The notes under the pieces were generated by a model. It saw nothing but the letters and a program-made list of their open reading frames with translations. It ran no database searches and had not been told where the DNA came from. The translations under genes were made by a program, and so were the position numbers. From NCBI GenBank assembly GCA_000004985.1, contig GG738881.1: DNA of 64,000 nucleotides, one strand, 5' to 3'. The stretch comes from Naegleria gruberi. Lineage: Eukaryota. Shown piece after piece: positions 34,753 through 48,100 of this stretch; within the stretch, counting starts at the first letter, position 1; the number at the start of each line of letters is the position of its first letter.

Positions 34753-35262
34753 TTATTCCATATTTTTCATATTATAAATTGGAACATTAGCCACCAACTG
34801 AGTGGCAAATACCTTTGGATCTGTCTTGAATCTATTTCTCAGAATATCTTTCTTATCTTGCTCCAAATTACTGTAAACTCTCTCAACAATCATATCAATC
34901 ACCTCACTGTACAATTGTAAATGATTGGCTGCGAATGTAATTAAATCCAAATCAATTAGTGAACCTCGATCTTGTTCCTCCCAACTGGTCATTCCAAGCA
35001 TTGTATTAATGAGTGCACCTTTGGTTTCATACCAATCTCTGGCTTGTTGCTGTTCAGTTTGAGTCATTTTCGAATAGGATTCAAAGGCAGGTCCGAAGAA
35101 TGATTCCAACATGTGTGGATCTTCGGCCAGGAAGGAGGGAAATCCCCAACTGTTTGGATGAGCAGTACCTTCCATTAGAGAGGCTGCAATACTTTGCACC
35201 AATATTTTATGTTTAAATTCATCCAAATGAGATGCTTGTTGATCTTGAGACATTTTTTTCAC
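34753..35262 (-). CDS. Hypothetical protein, 169 aa.
   Basis: It is an uninterrupted ORF with an ATG start, and its codon usage is similar to its neighbours. Confidence 0.3.
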   Translation of the reverse strand: MKKMSQDQQASHLDEFKHKILVQSIAASLMEGTAHPNSWGFPSFLAEDPHMLESFFGPAFESYSKMTQTEQQQARDWYETKGALINTMLGMTSWEEQDRGSLIDLDLITFAANHLQLYSEVIDMIVERVYSNLEQDKKDILRNRFKTDPKVFATQLVANVPIYNMKNME

Positions 35263-35364
35263 TTTATTGCACGATTTTAAAATTCAAACTCTAAATATAC
35301 CATTCACCAAATCATTAAAAAGAAATATGTTTAAATTAAGAGGAATTTTTTACTAGAATACAAT

Positions 35365-36926
35365 TTACTCAATGTTAGCAGAGATACTGAGATCAGCTTG
35401 AGTCAAACCCATGTTACCGTTACCAAACAAATTGTGTGGGTCAATCTTTTGCTTGAGACCCTTCAAGATGTCAACACCTTGATCTCTGACAACTTCATTC
35501 ATCCATTCTCTTCTGAGCTTACCAATACCGTGGTGGTGAGACAAACTTCCTCCTTGGAGCAAGATTTCATCTCTGGCTTCAGATTCAATTTCAGAGAAGA
35601 CCTTAATTGGATCACTCAATCCTCTAAAGATGAAACCATAATAGAAGTAGACACAAGCACCAGTTTCATAAGTTTGAGTAACACGAGCAGAAACCCAAGG
35701 AACTGATGGAACACCCTTCTTCTTGGCAGATTCCTTAACTCTTTCTTCAACCTTCTTAATCATTGGAACAATGTTAGACCATGGAACAGAGGTTTCAAAG
35801 CTTTCGGCCATAAAGTAATAATTGAAACCATAATCTCTCAAATAAGCAATAACATAGGTAAGCAAATATCCTCTAGAACCAGCTTCAGCACCAGCCTTAA
35901 GACCACCATACTTGGAAGTAATATCATAAATAATCTTTTGTTGTCTATCAACTTCTTCTTGAGTACCTTCAAAGAGCAATGTGACAACACACATCTTTTC
36001 TGGATCAAAACCACAGACCNNNNNNNNNNNNNNNNNNNNNNNNNNNNNNNNNNNNNNNNNNNNNNNNNNNNNNNNNNNNNNNNNNNNNNNNNNNNNNNNN
36101 NNNNNNNNNNNNNNNNNNNNNNNNNNNNNNNNNNNNNNNNNNNNNNNNNNNNNNNNNNNNNNNNNNNNTCGTGACCAAGAGTCAAATTAAACTTATCCTT
36201 AAGTTCCTTTTGTAATTCAATACCAATAGCACCAGCTTCAATAACAGCAGTATTGGATTCAAAATCAACACTCAAAATACGATCCATTTCTTGAGTATCA
36301 ATAGAAACAATCATTCTCTTTTCATTTTCTGGACAGAGCAAAGCTTGAGTGACGTTAGTACCACCACCATATGGAATAATTGTTAATTGTTCAGGATATT
36401 TAGTAGCAATAGAAACAATCTTTTCAACATGATCGTGTGAATCTGGATAGATGACAACGTCAACAAGTCTCTTGAATTTTCCGTATCTGAGTTGATAAAT
36501 TTCTTGACAACAGTGACCATGGGAGTGCATCAAACGGACTTCATCATCAAAAGACAAATACTTGAAGCAATTAGCTTGTTTAAGTTCATCAACGAATGAT
36601 TTACAAATTACTGGCTTGTGGATCTTTTGTTGCATCTCAGGCCAAGATTGAGCAGGAGAAGCATATCTAGTGTCCAAACCAGTAAAGTTTTCAAACCATG
36701 GACGGAAATCAGGAATACATTTACCAGATAAAACATAACGATCACCAGTAACATAAACGTCCTTCTTTTCATCCATAGTAAAATCGGTATCCTTGTATCC
36801 CCATCCGTTCCACTTGGCCAATTTTTGTCTCTTGTTTGGAATACCAGTACCCATCTTTTCCTTGGACATTGTCAATAGAGTAGGAGAAGTTGGAACGCCA
36901 CCAGCGCAAACATTAGAAGACACCAT
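35365..36926 (-). CDS. Alkyl-dihydroxyacetonephosphate synthase (AGPS; FAD-linked oxidase family), interrupted by a 149-N gap.
   Basis: The N-terminal part contains KWNGWGYKD, the AGPS signature, and the FAD-binding PCMH-type region IIPYGGGTNVTQAL. The C-terminal part (35365..35994) contains HHHGIGKLRREWM, the FAD-oxidase C-terminal motif. The frame is not continuous across the gap, consistent with a gap of unknown length. Confidence 0.75.
36020..36168. other. Assembly gap (149 N) inside the AGPS gene.
   Basis: Run of N. Confidence 0.95.
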
Positions 36927-37508
36927 ATTATTATTGATGATGATGACGGTGTTGTTTGCAAATGAGAGCCGATCATTTGCATACGACGTTGTGCTCTCTC
37001 CATTTGTTGTTGGTTCATTTTTTTTTCAAAGGCTTTTTTTTTGAATATTTTTTCAAAGGCTAAAAATCAAAACTTCACACAGCAATCTTGGTGTTTCTGA
37101 ACGAGGATGTTAAGATCGTGCTGCGAATGTTAGTTGGAATGTTTGTGGATTGATATTTTGTGAAGAGGAGATGAAAAAGTGAAAGGCAGTTGAGAGGTTA
37201 AGTGAAAAATTACGTGTGAAAATTGTAATGTGATTAATAGAATATTCTGAAAGAAGATAAGTTGACAAAGGAGGGAAAACACAGTTTTTGGGGTTTGGAA
37301 AATTTAAGGAGTATTGTAAGAAGTGTTTCATCATATGTTTCTTGATGTTCTGATATCAGAAATGGTTTAAAAAGAGGGAGAATGTTCAATAATGTGTGTA
37401 CGATATTGGATATTGTGTGCGAGTAAATGTCCCACCGCTCTTCAAAAAATTGCCAAGATTGTAATTCATTCAGTGTCACAATTTCTATTTTGTAATAACA
37501 ATGAGAAG

Positions 37509-37579
37509 GCGTCGATGGTTTAGTGGTAGAATACGGCGTTGCCATCGCCGTGACCCGGGTTCAATTCCCGGTCGACGCA
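37509..37579 (+). tRNA. tRNA-Gly (anticodon GCC).
   Basis: GCGTCGA-TGGTTTAGTGGTAGAATAC-GGCGTTGCCATCGCC-GTGACCCGGGTTCAATTCCCGG-TCGACGC-A folds as a cloverleaf. The 7-bp acceptor stem is perfect. The anticodon loop TTGCCAT gives GCC. A GTTCAAT T-loop is present and there is no intron. Confidence 0.85.
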
Positions 37580-37919
37580 CTCCGAAATTAGTTTTATCTT
37601 TGGTAATTCTTGTTTTTATTTTTTATTAATTTAATCATCAAAAGAACACAAGCGTATCTACAATATTCTCAAATTTCAAGTCTTATATTGATCAAGATAA
37701 TCATCACAGTTTGAGCACTATTTTTTTGCAAAGATATTTTTTACTTTAAAAAAAATTGTTCCAACGAAAGGAAAAAGTATATTCTGCAACAATTAACATT
37801 TTTTGATCAAAATACTCATAGGAAATACACTTTTGACATAGTCTAATATGTACAAACAGACACGTGTTTCAAAAAAGCTAGGAAATCTGTCACAACTCAA
37901 CTAGAAAATGAACAATTGT

Positions 37920-38312
37920 TTAATAATTAAAATACACTAATGGTTCAGAATTAGACCAAATACAAGAAGCCTCATTATGCTTAATAGTTTCATGAATACT
38001 ATAAAAGTCATAAATTGGAGCATGTCTTTGACGATGCACTCTAATATGAATGCACAAATCTCCTCCAATATTAACCTTAATAAAATAATTAGTACCGTAC
38101 TCTACAATTTCTTCGGCATACTTTAAAACCTTCCAATTGGCAATGTGTTCGTGGAGGTGAGCATCATGGAAATGATGGACAGTACTCTCATGATGTTTCT
38201 GATGAAGAGAATGAATGGCTGCGTGCTTTATATGAGGCTGAGAGACAATTTCATCAATTTGAGGTGTACAATCATGAACAGGACCCATGTTATTATCACT
38301 GACTGAGGACAT
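37920..38312 (-). CDS. Cystatin/stefin-like protein with a His-rich N-terminal extension.
   Basis: The segment EIVEYGTNYFIKVNIGG resembles the stefin QVVAGTNYFIKV motif. It is preceded by a His-rich tract (HQKHHESTVHHFHDAHLHEH). Confidence 0.4.
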   Translation of the reverse strand: MSSVSDNNMGPVHDCTPQIDEIVSQPHIKHAAIHSLHQKHHESTVHHFHDAHLHEHIANWKVLKYAEEIVEYGTNYFIKVNIGGDLCIHIRVHRQRHAPIYDFYSIHETIKHNEASCIWSNSEPLVYFNY

Positions 38313-38610
38313 TTTGCTGGTTTTATTTGTTTTTTTGTATGATTAAAATGAACTTTTTACTGTCTTACTATTTATTGAAAAAGTTTGAGTGCTAAATGAA
38401 GGAGAGATTCAAAAATGTTTGTTGACTCTGTGATAACGGTTATTGTAAATAGGATGATAGGTATTGATTGAGAACTGTTTTTGATCGCCAATTTGTGATG
38501 GCCATTGAAATAATTGATACAAAATGAATTTATCTCCCATTACAAAAATTCAATACAAAACTAAACTGTTTCCGTTCAAATATTTCACTTAAAAGAATTA
38601 TCCACATAAT

Positions 38611-40262
<1,652 letters not shown>

Positions 40263-40491
40263 TTTGATGATTAATGATAATTTTTTTGTGGTGGAAGAAA
40301 AATGGTGAAAAATTGATCTAGTATTTTGTTTCAGCAAGTGGAAGGTAAATGTCAATGCAAAAAGGATGAGTGCTGATGGATTTTGAGTATGTATTAATGT
40401 TTGTCCTTGTTTTGTGCTTGCCCGAGTGGTTCAAGTTAAAAATTGAATTGTGTAAAAGAATATGTGAGGGAAAATAAGAAAATGAATGTAT

Positions 40492-40565
40492 GCAGCGATA
40501 GATCAGTTGGTTAGATCGTAAGCCTAACACGCTTAAGGTCGCGGGTTCAAGCCCCGCTCGCTGTA
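40492..40565 (+). tRNA. tRNA-Val (anticodon AAC).
   Basis: GCAGCGA-TA-GATCAGTTGGTTAGATC-G-TAAGCCTAACACGCTTA-AGGTC-GCGGGTTCAAGCCCCGC-TCGCTGT-A. The anticodon loop CTAACAC gives AAC. A GTTCAAG T-loop is present. The acceptor stem has a G1:U72 wobble pair. Confidence 0.8.
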
Positions 40566-40636
40566 GCCTTTTGCATGATAATTTATTAATTTAAGAACGG
40601 GCTAAAAAGTTACAATTTATTTGGATTGCTTTAATG

Positions 40637-42004
40637 TTACAATTTTGGTTCAGTTTTTACGTAATTCTCAATTTGTTGCTTAACATCCAAGTATTGTCTT
40701 TGAGATGGAACTTTTTCACCCAACAGGATCATTCTTGTAACCATTCCAGCAACTGAACTACCAAATTGCACCTCAGAAGCAAGTTGTGGCCAAGAAGTGA
40801 GTGTCTTACCAACTTGGAAGAATGATTCTACACCCCTCTTTGAAGCCAGAGGAATTGAAATGAATTGCACAACCAAGGCACGTTTCTGTTCTGGTGAAAA
40901 TTGGTCAACTTCCAACAATTCTTTCTGAATGAGTCCATGAAGAATTGGATAATCCTTATCCAAATCAAATCTTTCAATATCCAAAAGACCTCTGTCACTT
41001 GTTTCCATGACAACTGGAATTTGTACTTTTCTACAATGTTTTCTAACCAATACTTTGGTGTCAAAGCTGTCACATTCTTCAATGACAAGATCAATTAATT
41101 TTGTTTCAGGAGAACTTCCCAAAACTGTGGCAATATTATCCTTGTTTAAACCTTGTTCAAGGAATGTAACTTTGAGGTATGGATCCAATTCAGCAATAGC
41201 TCTCTTAATGAGAGTTCCCTTCATAATACCCAAATCCATGACGCTAGCTCTTAGACGATTCATATTCGAAAGGTCCAAATGATCGAAATCTGCCAAGACT
41301 AAATGACCACAACTTCTTTCCATGGCCAAAACCATAGCAGCAGCCTGTCCAACACTGAGACCAATCACAAGAACTGTCTTTTTCTCAAGTGCTTGTTGTT
41401 CCTCTGGTAGAATCTTGGAAACATTTCTAATAGTTCTCACACGAACGAAATCATCTTTATCCAAAACATGGACAAGTGAATTTCTCCATGGATAATAAAC
41501 CCAATTTCCATATTCTTGCATTGACTTTCCATTCAACTTTTCAGTAATCTTAGTATCGTACAATTCTTTTGACATTGGATGAAGAGAAGGATTTTCCAAC
41601 TTGATCAAATCCTTGATTTGCAAATCCATGGTGTCAAGTATTTGGATTGATGGATTAGATTTCAATAAAAGTGACAATTCATTGGCTTGCTCTGGGAGTT
41701 TAAAAATTACATGTTGATTCTCGGTTTGATGAAAGTTAATTTCCTTATTCGAATCAGAACTAATCTTGATCTGTTTAAAAATATTAGAAAGGGAACCAAT
41801 TTCTTTCTCACCACTCTTTTGATGAGAAACAGCAGAATTTGAACTAATATTTGCTGTTGAAGTTGAGTGCACACCTCTCACACTATTGGATGTCAACATG
41901 GTAGTCAATTGTGCAGATTTTTTGGTAAAATTATTGAATGCAACATTCTTGGATCTGTAACCAAGAGCTCTTAAACCATTAATCATCATTATTGGATTCT
42001 GCAA
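40637..42004 (-). CDS. ThiF/MoeB-family (E1-like, dinucleotide-binding) protein with a long N-terminal extension.
   Basis: A Rossmann GxGxxG-like motif is present (VLVIGLSVGQAAAMVLAMERSCGHLVLADFDHLDLSNMNRL), typical of the ThiF/UBA4/MOCS3 adenylyltransferase fold. The N-terminal 200 aa are Ser/Asn-rich. Confidence 0.45.
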   Translation of the reverse strand: MQNPIMMINGLRALGYRSKNVAFNNFTKKSAQLTTMLTSNSVRGVHSTSTANISSNSAVSHQKSGEKEIGSLSNIFKQIKISSDSNKEINFHQTENQHVIFKLPEQANELSLLLKSNPSIQILDTMDLQIKDLIKLENPSLHPMSKELYDTKITEKLNGKSMQEYGNWVYYPWRNSLVHVLDKDDFVRVRTIRNVSKILPEEQQALEKKTVLVIGLSVGQAAAMVLAMERSCGHLVLADFDHLDLSNMNRLRASVMDLGIMKGTLIKRAIAELDPYLKVTFLEQGLNKDNIATVLGSSPETKLIDLVIEECDSFDTKVLVRKHCRKVQIPVVMETSDRGLLDIERFDLDKDYPILHGLIQKELLEVDQFSPEQKRALVVQFISIPLASKRGVESFFQVGKTLTSWPQLASEVQFGSSVAGMVTRMILLGEKVPSQRQYLDVKQQIENYVKTEPKL

Positions 42005-42408
42005 AGTAGTAACTCAATTATTCTATGATATTAAGTGTGATATTCCTGGTAAACCTTGTAGTAAGAGTTACTAGAGAGGATAAAGGAGTGATTTTTTTAA
42101 ACGTGTGTTAAATCACTCTAAGGATGCTGAGCAAATATATTCGAAATGGAAGATCGGTTGCACTCGCAAATACCTCTACTTCTCTCTTAAATTGTTCCAG
42201 TGTGTGAAATCGTAGCATTCCTTGTCCCTTTCATTTCCACTTGATAAGAACAATTGATCTTACTGCACGATTTCACTCGCAAGATCACTGATTGAAAACA
42301 TGTTGCATGAGCTAGAAATGATCTCCAATCATATATTCGCAATAAGCGTTGCCTTTTTTACATTGATCTCCAAACAAGCATCATGATTTACAAATTAATT
42401 GGTAACAA

Positions 42409-43406
42409 NNNNNNNNNNNNNNNNNNNNNNNNNNNNNNNNNNNNNNNNNNNNNNNNNNNNNNNNNNNNNNNNNNNNNNNNNNNNNNNNNNNNNNNNNNNN
42501 NNNNNNNNNNNNNNNNNNNNNNNNNNNNNNNNNNNNNNNNNNNNNNNNNNNNNNNNNNNNNNNNNNNNNNNNNNNNNNNNNNNNNNNNNNNNNNNNNNNN
42601 NNNNNNNNNNNNNNNNNNNNNNNNNNNNNNNNNNNNNNNNNNNNNNNNNNNNNNNNNNNNNNNNNNNNNNNNNNNNNNNNNNNNNNNNNNNNNNNNNNNN
42701 NNNNNNNNNNNNNNNNNNNNNNNNNNNNNNNNNNNNNNNNNNNNNNNNNNNNNNNNNNNNNNNNNNNNNNNNNNNNNNNNNNNNNNNNNNNNNNNNNNNN
42801 NNNNNNNNNNNNNNNNNNNNNNNNNNNNNNNNNNNNNNNNNNNNNNNNNNNNNNNNNNNNNNNNNNNNNNNNNNNNNNNNNNNNNNNNNNNNNNNNNNNN
42901 NNNNNNNNNNNNNNNNNNNNNNNNNNNNNNNNNNNNNNNNNNNNNNNNNNNNNNNNNNNNNNNNNNNNNNNNNNNNNNNNNNNNNNNNNNNNNNNNNNNN
43001 NNNNNNNNNNNNNNNNNNNNNNNNNNNNNNNNNNNNNNNNNNNNNNNNNNNNNNNNNNNNNNNNNNNNNNNNNNNNNNNNNNNNNNNNNNNNNNNNNNNN
43101 NNNNNNNNNNNNNNNNNNNNNNNNNNNNNNNNNNNNNNNNNNNNNNNNNNNNNNNNNNNNNNNNNNNNNNNNNNNNNNNNNNNNNNNNNNNNNNNNNNNN
43201 NNNNNNNNNNNNNNNNNNNNNNNNNNNNNNNNNNNNNNNNNNNNNNNNNNNNNNNNNNNNNNNNNNNNNNNNNNNNNNNNNNNNNNNNNNNNNNNNNNNN
43301 NNNNNNNNNNNNNNNNNNNNNNNNNNNNNNNNNNNNNNNNNNNNNNNNNNNNNNNNNNNNNNNNNNNNNNNNNNNNNNNNNNNNNNNNNNNNNNNNNNNN
43401 NNNNNN
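42409..43406. other. Assembly gap (998 N).
   Basis: Run of N. Confidence 0.95.
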
Positions 43407-43933
43407 ACTGTCCATCATTAAACCTAAACGCGATTGAACTTGTGATATTTATGGAGGAATGCAAAGTGCTGGTATTCTCTCATGAAAATAAGGCCTACTT
43501 TTACAATATTGAAACACATCAAATCATTCATGAATTGGAATATCCAGTACTTACTGAATTCAGAGTTCATTCCAAATATCGAGATTTAGTCCTTATACAT
43601 CCAAGATATGAAAAAGAAGCATTCATATTCAAAGTGGAAACAAATCCACATGAAAAGAGCCAAACAGTTAAAAGGCTAATTAGTATTCCAGTTGAAGATT
43701 TCATTGTTAGAGCAAAATTTTGTGGAGATGAATCAATTGTTGTCTTGATGGGAAATTGTGCTTTGGTAGAATACGATTTAAGGTCTGGCAAATTATTAGG
43801 AATGTTTAGTTTTGCTGCAACATATGGAAATGTCATTACGTTTGTCAAGCACGCACCTAGTAAGAGACGATTTCTGTTGTATGGAGATGAGATGGGTTCT
43901 GTCTATATTTTAGAACTCTACAAATTCGAGTAA
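43407..43933 (+). CDS. 3' fragment of a gene whose 5' end lies in the gap. The product is hypothetical, possibly beta-propeller-like.
   Basis: The ORF is open from the gap edge to a stop at 43931-43933. Alternating hydrophobic beta-strand-like segments are present. Confidence 0.3.
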
Positions 43934-44017
43934 CCAATGTTTTGTTAATACTTTATTTATAAACCGTATTACAGGAAGTGGACTCTTGGCCTTAGTTGAG
44001 AAATTTTTTCTCAATAC

Positions 44018-45121
44018 TCAGACAAGAAAACATGGCTTTGGTATTTCATTAGTCTTTTGAAAATTCTCAATTAAAATAGTTAGTCTGAAAATGGAGCCCT
44101 TATCAGAGTCAGTTGGTGGTTTGGTGAGCAAATGAATTCGAATAAATTCCAAAATTTTAACAAATTTTGACTTGTAGGTTTGGTACATTTTGTAAGCAGC
44201 AATTCCAAGAAATGAATCCAAAATTTCAATAGTGAATAAGTGATGTTGCGAGTTTAGTATGGCAGCAATCCATTCCCAACCCTTATCGATACCATATTGA
44301 TGACCTGGTGGATTGTGCTGAATGATCATGGCATAGACAGTAATGATATCGTTCATTCTGTTCATGAATTGTATTCGATTCTCCAATTTCCCATCCACTT
44401 CCTTGTATCCAATTTTTTTGAAATCAGTAATTTGACTGTTAGATCCAATTTCTGAATTAATTGGCATAGTAAACCCAGAATTGAAATGTATATATCCTAT
44501 TGCACTATCCAATATTGCTGGGAAATTGTTAGTCAATTCACAGGTGACCTGAATATAAGGCAGCACCTTTTTAAGGTCACTTGTTTGACTTGCTGCCTGA
44601 TCCACTGCTGTTTTTGCATAAAAGTACAAGTAGTTAGATAGTGTATTCGAATCTGTGTTTTTCATGATATGATCAAGTTCTGCTACAATTTCACTTTGGT
44701 TAGTTGCTGATATTCTGTTAATTGCCTTATTAATATGTTTCTTTGTAATATCCATTTTAGTTTCTCGATATAATAGTGACCATAGGTTCTTGCTAAACAT
44801 GGCTCTTAATGTTGTATTGAAATGTTTCAAATGGTCTCGGAGTCCAACACTTGGATTAATGTCATCCTCAATATCCAGAATGGTTTCAGTAGCAGTAGGA
44901 ATAGTTTGATAGTCTTTTTCCTCTTTAACGGATTTTCTCTCTTCCTTCACTTCCTCTTTTCCAATATTCTTGATAGTTTCTTCAACAGTATGTGATTTTT
45001 GATTTGAGTTTCGTTTCTTGGCTTGATGATCAACAATGTTCTCCTCAGATTTAATTTCATCCTCTGAGTCATATTCTTCTAAAAGTCCATATCGTCCAGA
45101 ACATTCCATTCCCTTCCGCAA
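44018..45121 (-). CDS. Hypothetical acidic protein. Its N-terminus may be truncated by the adjacent gap.
   Basis: It is a 367-aa ORF with no recognised motif. It ends 16 nt from the gap at 45137. Confidence 0.3.
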   Translation of the reverse strand: MRKGMECSGRYGLLEEYDSEDEIKSEENIVDHQAKKRNSNQKSHTVEETIKNIGKEEVKEERKSVKEEKDYQTIPTATETILDIEDDINPSVGLRDHLKHFNTTLRAMFSKNLWSLLYRETKMDITKKHINKAINRISATNQSEIVAELDHIMKNTDSNTLSNYLYFYAKTAVDQAASQTSDLKKVLPYIQVTCELTNNFPAILDSAIGYIHFNSGFTMPINSEIGSNSQITDFKKIGYKEVDGKLENRIQFMNRMNDIITVYAMIIQHNPPGHQYGIDKGWEWIAAILNSQHHLFTIEILDSFLGIAAYKMYQTYKSKFVKILEFIRIHLLTKPPTDSDKGSIFRLTILIENFQKTNEIPKPCFLV

Positions 45122-45136
45122 AGAATGATCAATACT

Positions 45137-48100
45137 NNNNNNNNNNNNNNNNNNNNNNNNNNNNNNNNNNNNNNNNNNNNNNNNNNNNNNNNNNNNNNNN
45201 NNNNNNNNNNNNNNNNNNNNNNNNNNNNNNNNNNNNNNNNNNNNNNNNNNNNNNNNNNNNNNNNNNNNNNNNNNNNNNNNNNNNNNNNNNNNNNNNNNNN
45301 NNNNNNNNNNNNNNNNNNNNNNNNNNNNNNNNNNNNNNNNNNNNNNNNNNNNNNNNNNNNNNNNNNNNNNNNNNNNNNNNNNNNNNNNNNNNNNNNNNNN
45401 NNNNNNNNNNNNNNNNNNNNNNNNNNNNNNNNNNNNNNNNNNNNNNNNNNNNNNNNNNNNNNNNNNNNNNNNNNNNNNNNNNNNNNNNNNNNNNNNNNNN
45501 NNNNNNNNNNNNNNNNNNNNNNNNNNNNNNNNNNNNNNNNNNNNNNNNNNNNNNNNNNNNNNNNNNNNNNNNNNNNNNNNNNNNNNNNNNNNNNNNNNNN
45601 NNNNNNNNNNNNNNNNNNNNNNNNNNNNNNNNNNNNNNNNNNNNNNNNNNNNNNNNNNNNNNNNNNNNNNNNNNNNNNNNNNNNNNNNNNNNNNNNNNNN
45701 NNNNNNNNNNNNNNNNNNNNNNNNNNNNNNNNNNNNNNNNNNNNNNNNNNNNNNNNNNNNNNNNNNNNNNNNNNNNNNNNNNNNNNNNNNNNNNNNNNNN
45801 NNNNNNNNNNNNNNNNNNNNNNNNNNNNNNNNNNNNNNNNNNNNNNNNNNNNNNNNNNNNNNNNNNNNNNNNNNNNNNNNNNNNNNNNNNNNNNNNNNNN
45901 NNNNNNNNNNNNNNNNNNNNNNNNNNNNNNNNNNNNNNNNNNNNNNNNNNNNNNNNNNNNNNNNNNNNNNNNNNNNNNNNNNNNNNNNNNNNNNNNNNNN
46001 NNNNNNNNNNNNNNNNNNNNNNNNNNNNNNNNNNNNNNNNNNNNNNNNNNNNNNNNNNNNNNNNNNNNNNNNNNNNNNNNNNNNNNNNNNNNNNNNNNNN
46101 NNNNNNNNNNNNNNNNNNNNNNNNNNNNNNNNNNNNNNNNNNNNNNNNNNNNNNNNNNNNNNNNNNNNNNNNNNNNNNNNNNNNNNNNNNNNNNNNNNNN
46201 NNNNNNNNNNNNNNNNNNNNNNNNNNNNNNNNNNNNNNNNNNNNNNNNNNNNNNNNNNNNNNNNNNNNNNNNNNNNNNNNNNNNNNNNNNNNNNNNNNNN
46301 NNNNNNNNNNNNNNNNNNNNNNNNNNNNNNNNNNNNNNNNNNNNNNNNNNNNNNNNNNNNNNNNNNNNNNNNNNNNNNNNNNNNNNNNNNNNNNNNNNNN
46401 NNNNNNNNNNNNNNNNNNNNNNNNNNNNNNNNNNNNNNNNNNNNNNNNNNNNNNNNNNNNNNNNNNNNNNNNNNNNNNNNNNNNNNNNNNNNNNNNNNNN
46501 NNNNNNNNNNNNNNNNNNNNNNNNNNNNNNNNNNNNNNNNNNNNNNNNNNNNNNNNNNNNNNNNNNNNNNNNNNNNNNNNNNNNNNNNNNNNNNNNNNNN
46601 NNNNNNNNNNNNNNNNNNNNNNNNNNNNNNNNNNNNNNNNNNNNNNNNNNNNNNNNNNNNNNNNNNNNNNNNNNNNNNNNNNNNNNNNNNNNNNNNNNNN
46701 NNNNNNNNNNNNNNNNNNNNNNNNNNNNNNNNNNNNNNNNNNNNNNNNNNNNNNNNNNNNNNNNNNNNNNNNNNNNNNNNNNNNNNNNNNNNNNNNNNNN
46801 NNNNNNNNNNNNNNNNNNNNNNNNNNNNNNNNNNNNNNNNNNNNNNNNNNNNNNNNNNNNNNNNNNNNNNNNNNNNNNNNNNNNNNNNNNNNNNNNNNNN
46901 NNNNNNNNNNNNNNNNNNNNNNNNNNNNNNNNNNNNNNNNNNNNNNNNNNNNNNNNNNNNNNNNNNNNNNNNNNNNNNNNNNNNNNNNNNNNNNNNNNNN
47001 NNNNNNNNNNNNNNNNNNNNNNNNNNNNNNNNNNNNNNNNNNNNNNNNNNNNNNNNNNNNNNNNNNNNNNNNNNNNNNNNNNNNNNNNNNNNNNNNNNNN
47101 NNNNNNNNNNNNNNNNNNNNNNNNNNNNNNNNNNNNNNNNNNNNNNNNNNNNNNNNNNNNNNNNNNNNNNNNNNNNNNNNNNNNNNNNNNNNNNNNNNNN
47201 NNNNNNNNNNNNNNNNNNNNNNNNNNNNNNNNNNNNNNNNNNNNNNNNNNNNNNNNNNNNNNNNNNNNNNNNNNNNNNNNNNNNNNNNNNNNNNNNNNNN
47301 NNNNNNNNNNNNNNNNNNNNNNNNNNNNNNNNNNNNNNNNNNNNNNNNNNNNNNNNNNNNNNNNNNNNNNNNNNNNNNNNNNNNNNNNNNNNNNNNNNNN
47401 NNNNNNNNNNNNNNNNNNNNNNNNNNNNNNNNNNNNNNNNNNNNNNNNNNNNNNNNNNNNNNNNNNNNNNNNNNNNNNNNNNNNNNNNNNNNNNNNNNNN
47501 NNNNNNNNNNNNNNNNNNNNNNNNNNNNNNNNNNNNNNNNNNNNNNNNNNNNNNNNNNNNNNNNNNNNNNNNNNNNNNNNNNNNNNNNNNNNNNNNNNNN
47601 NNNNNNNNNNNNNNNNNNNNNNNNNNNNNNNNNNNNNNNNNNNNNNNNNNNNNNNNNNNNNNNNNNNNNNNNNNNNNNNNNNNNNNNNNNNNNNNNNNNN
47701 NNNNNNNNNNNNNNNNNNNNNNNNNNNNNNNNNNNNNNNNNNNNNNNNNNNNNNNNNNNNNNNNNNNNNNNNNNNNNNNNNNNNNNNNNNNNNNNNNNNN
47801 NNNNNNNNNNNNNNNNNNNNNNNNNNNNNNNNNNNNNNNNNNNNNNNNNNNNNNNNNNNNNNNNNNNNNNNNNNNNNNNNNNNNNNNNNNNNNNNNNNNN
47901 NNNNNNNNNNNNNNNNNNNNNNNNNNNNNNNNNNNNNNNNNNNNNNNNNNNNNNNNNNNNNNNNNNNNNNNNNNNNNNNNNNNNNNNNNNNNNNNNNNNN
48001 NNNNNNNNNNNNNNNNNNNNNNNNNNNNNNNNNNNNNNNNNNNNNNNNNNNNNNNNNNNNNNNNNNNNNNNNNNNNNNNNNNNNNNNNNNNNNNNNNNNN

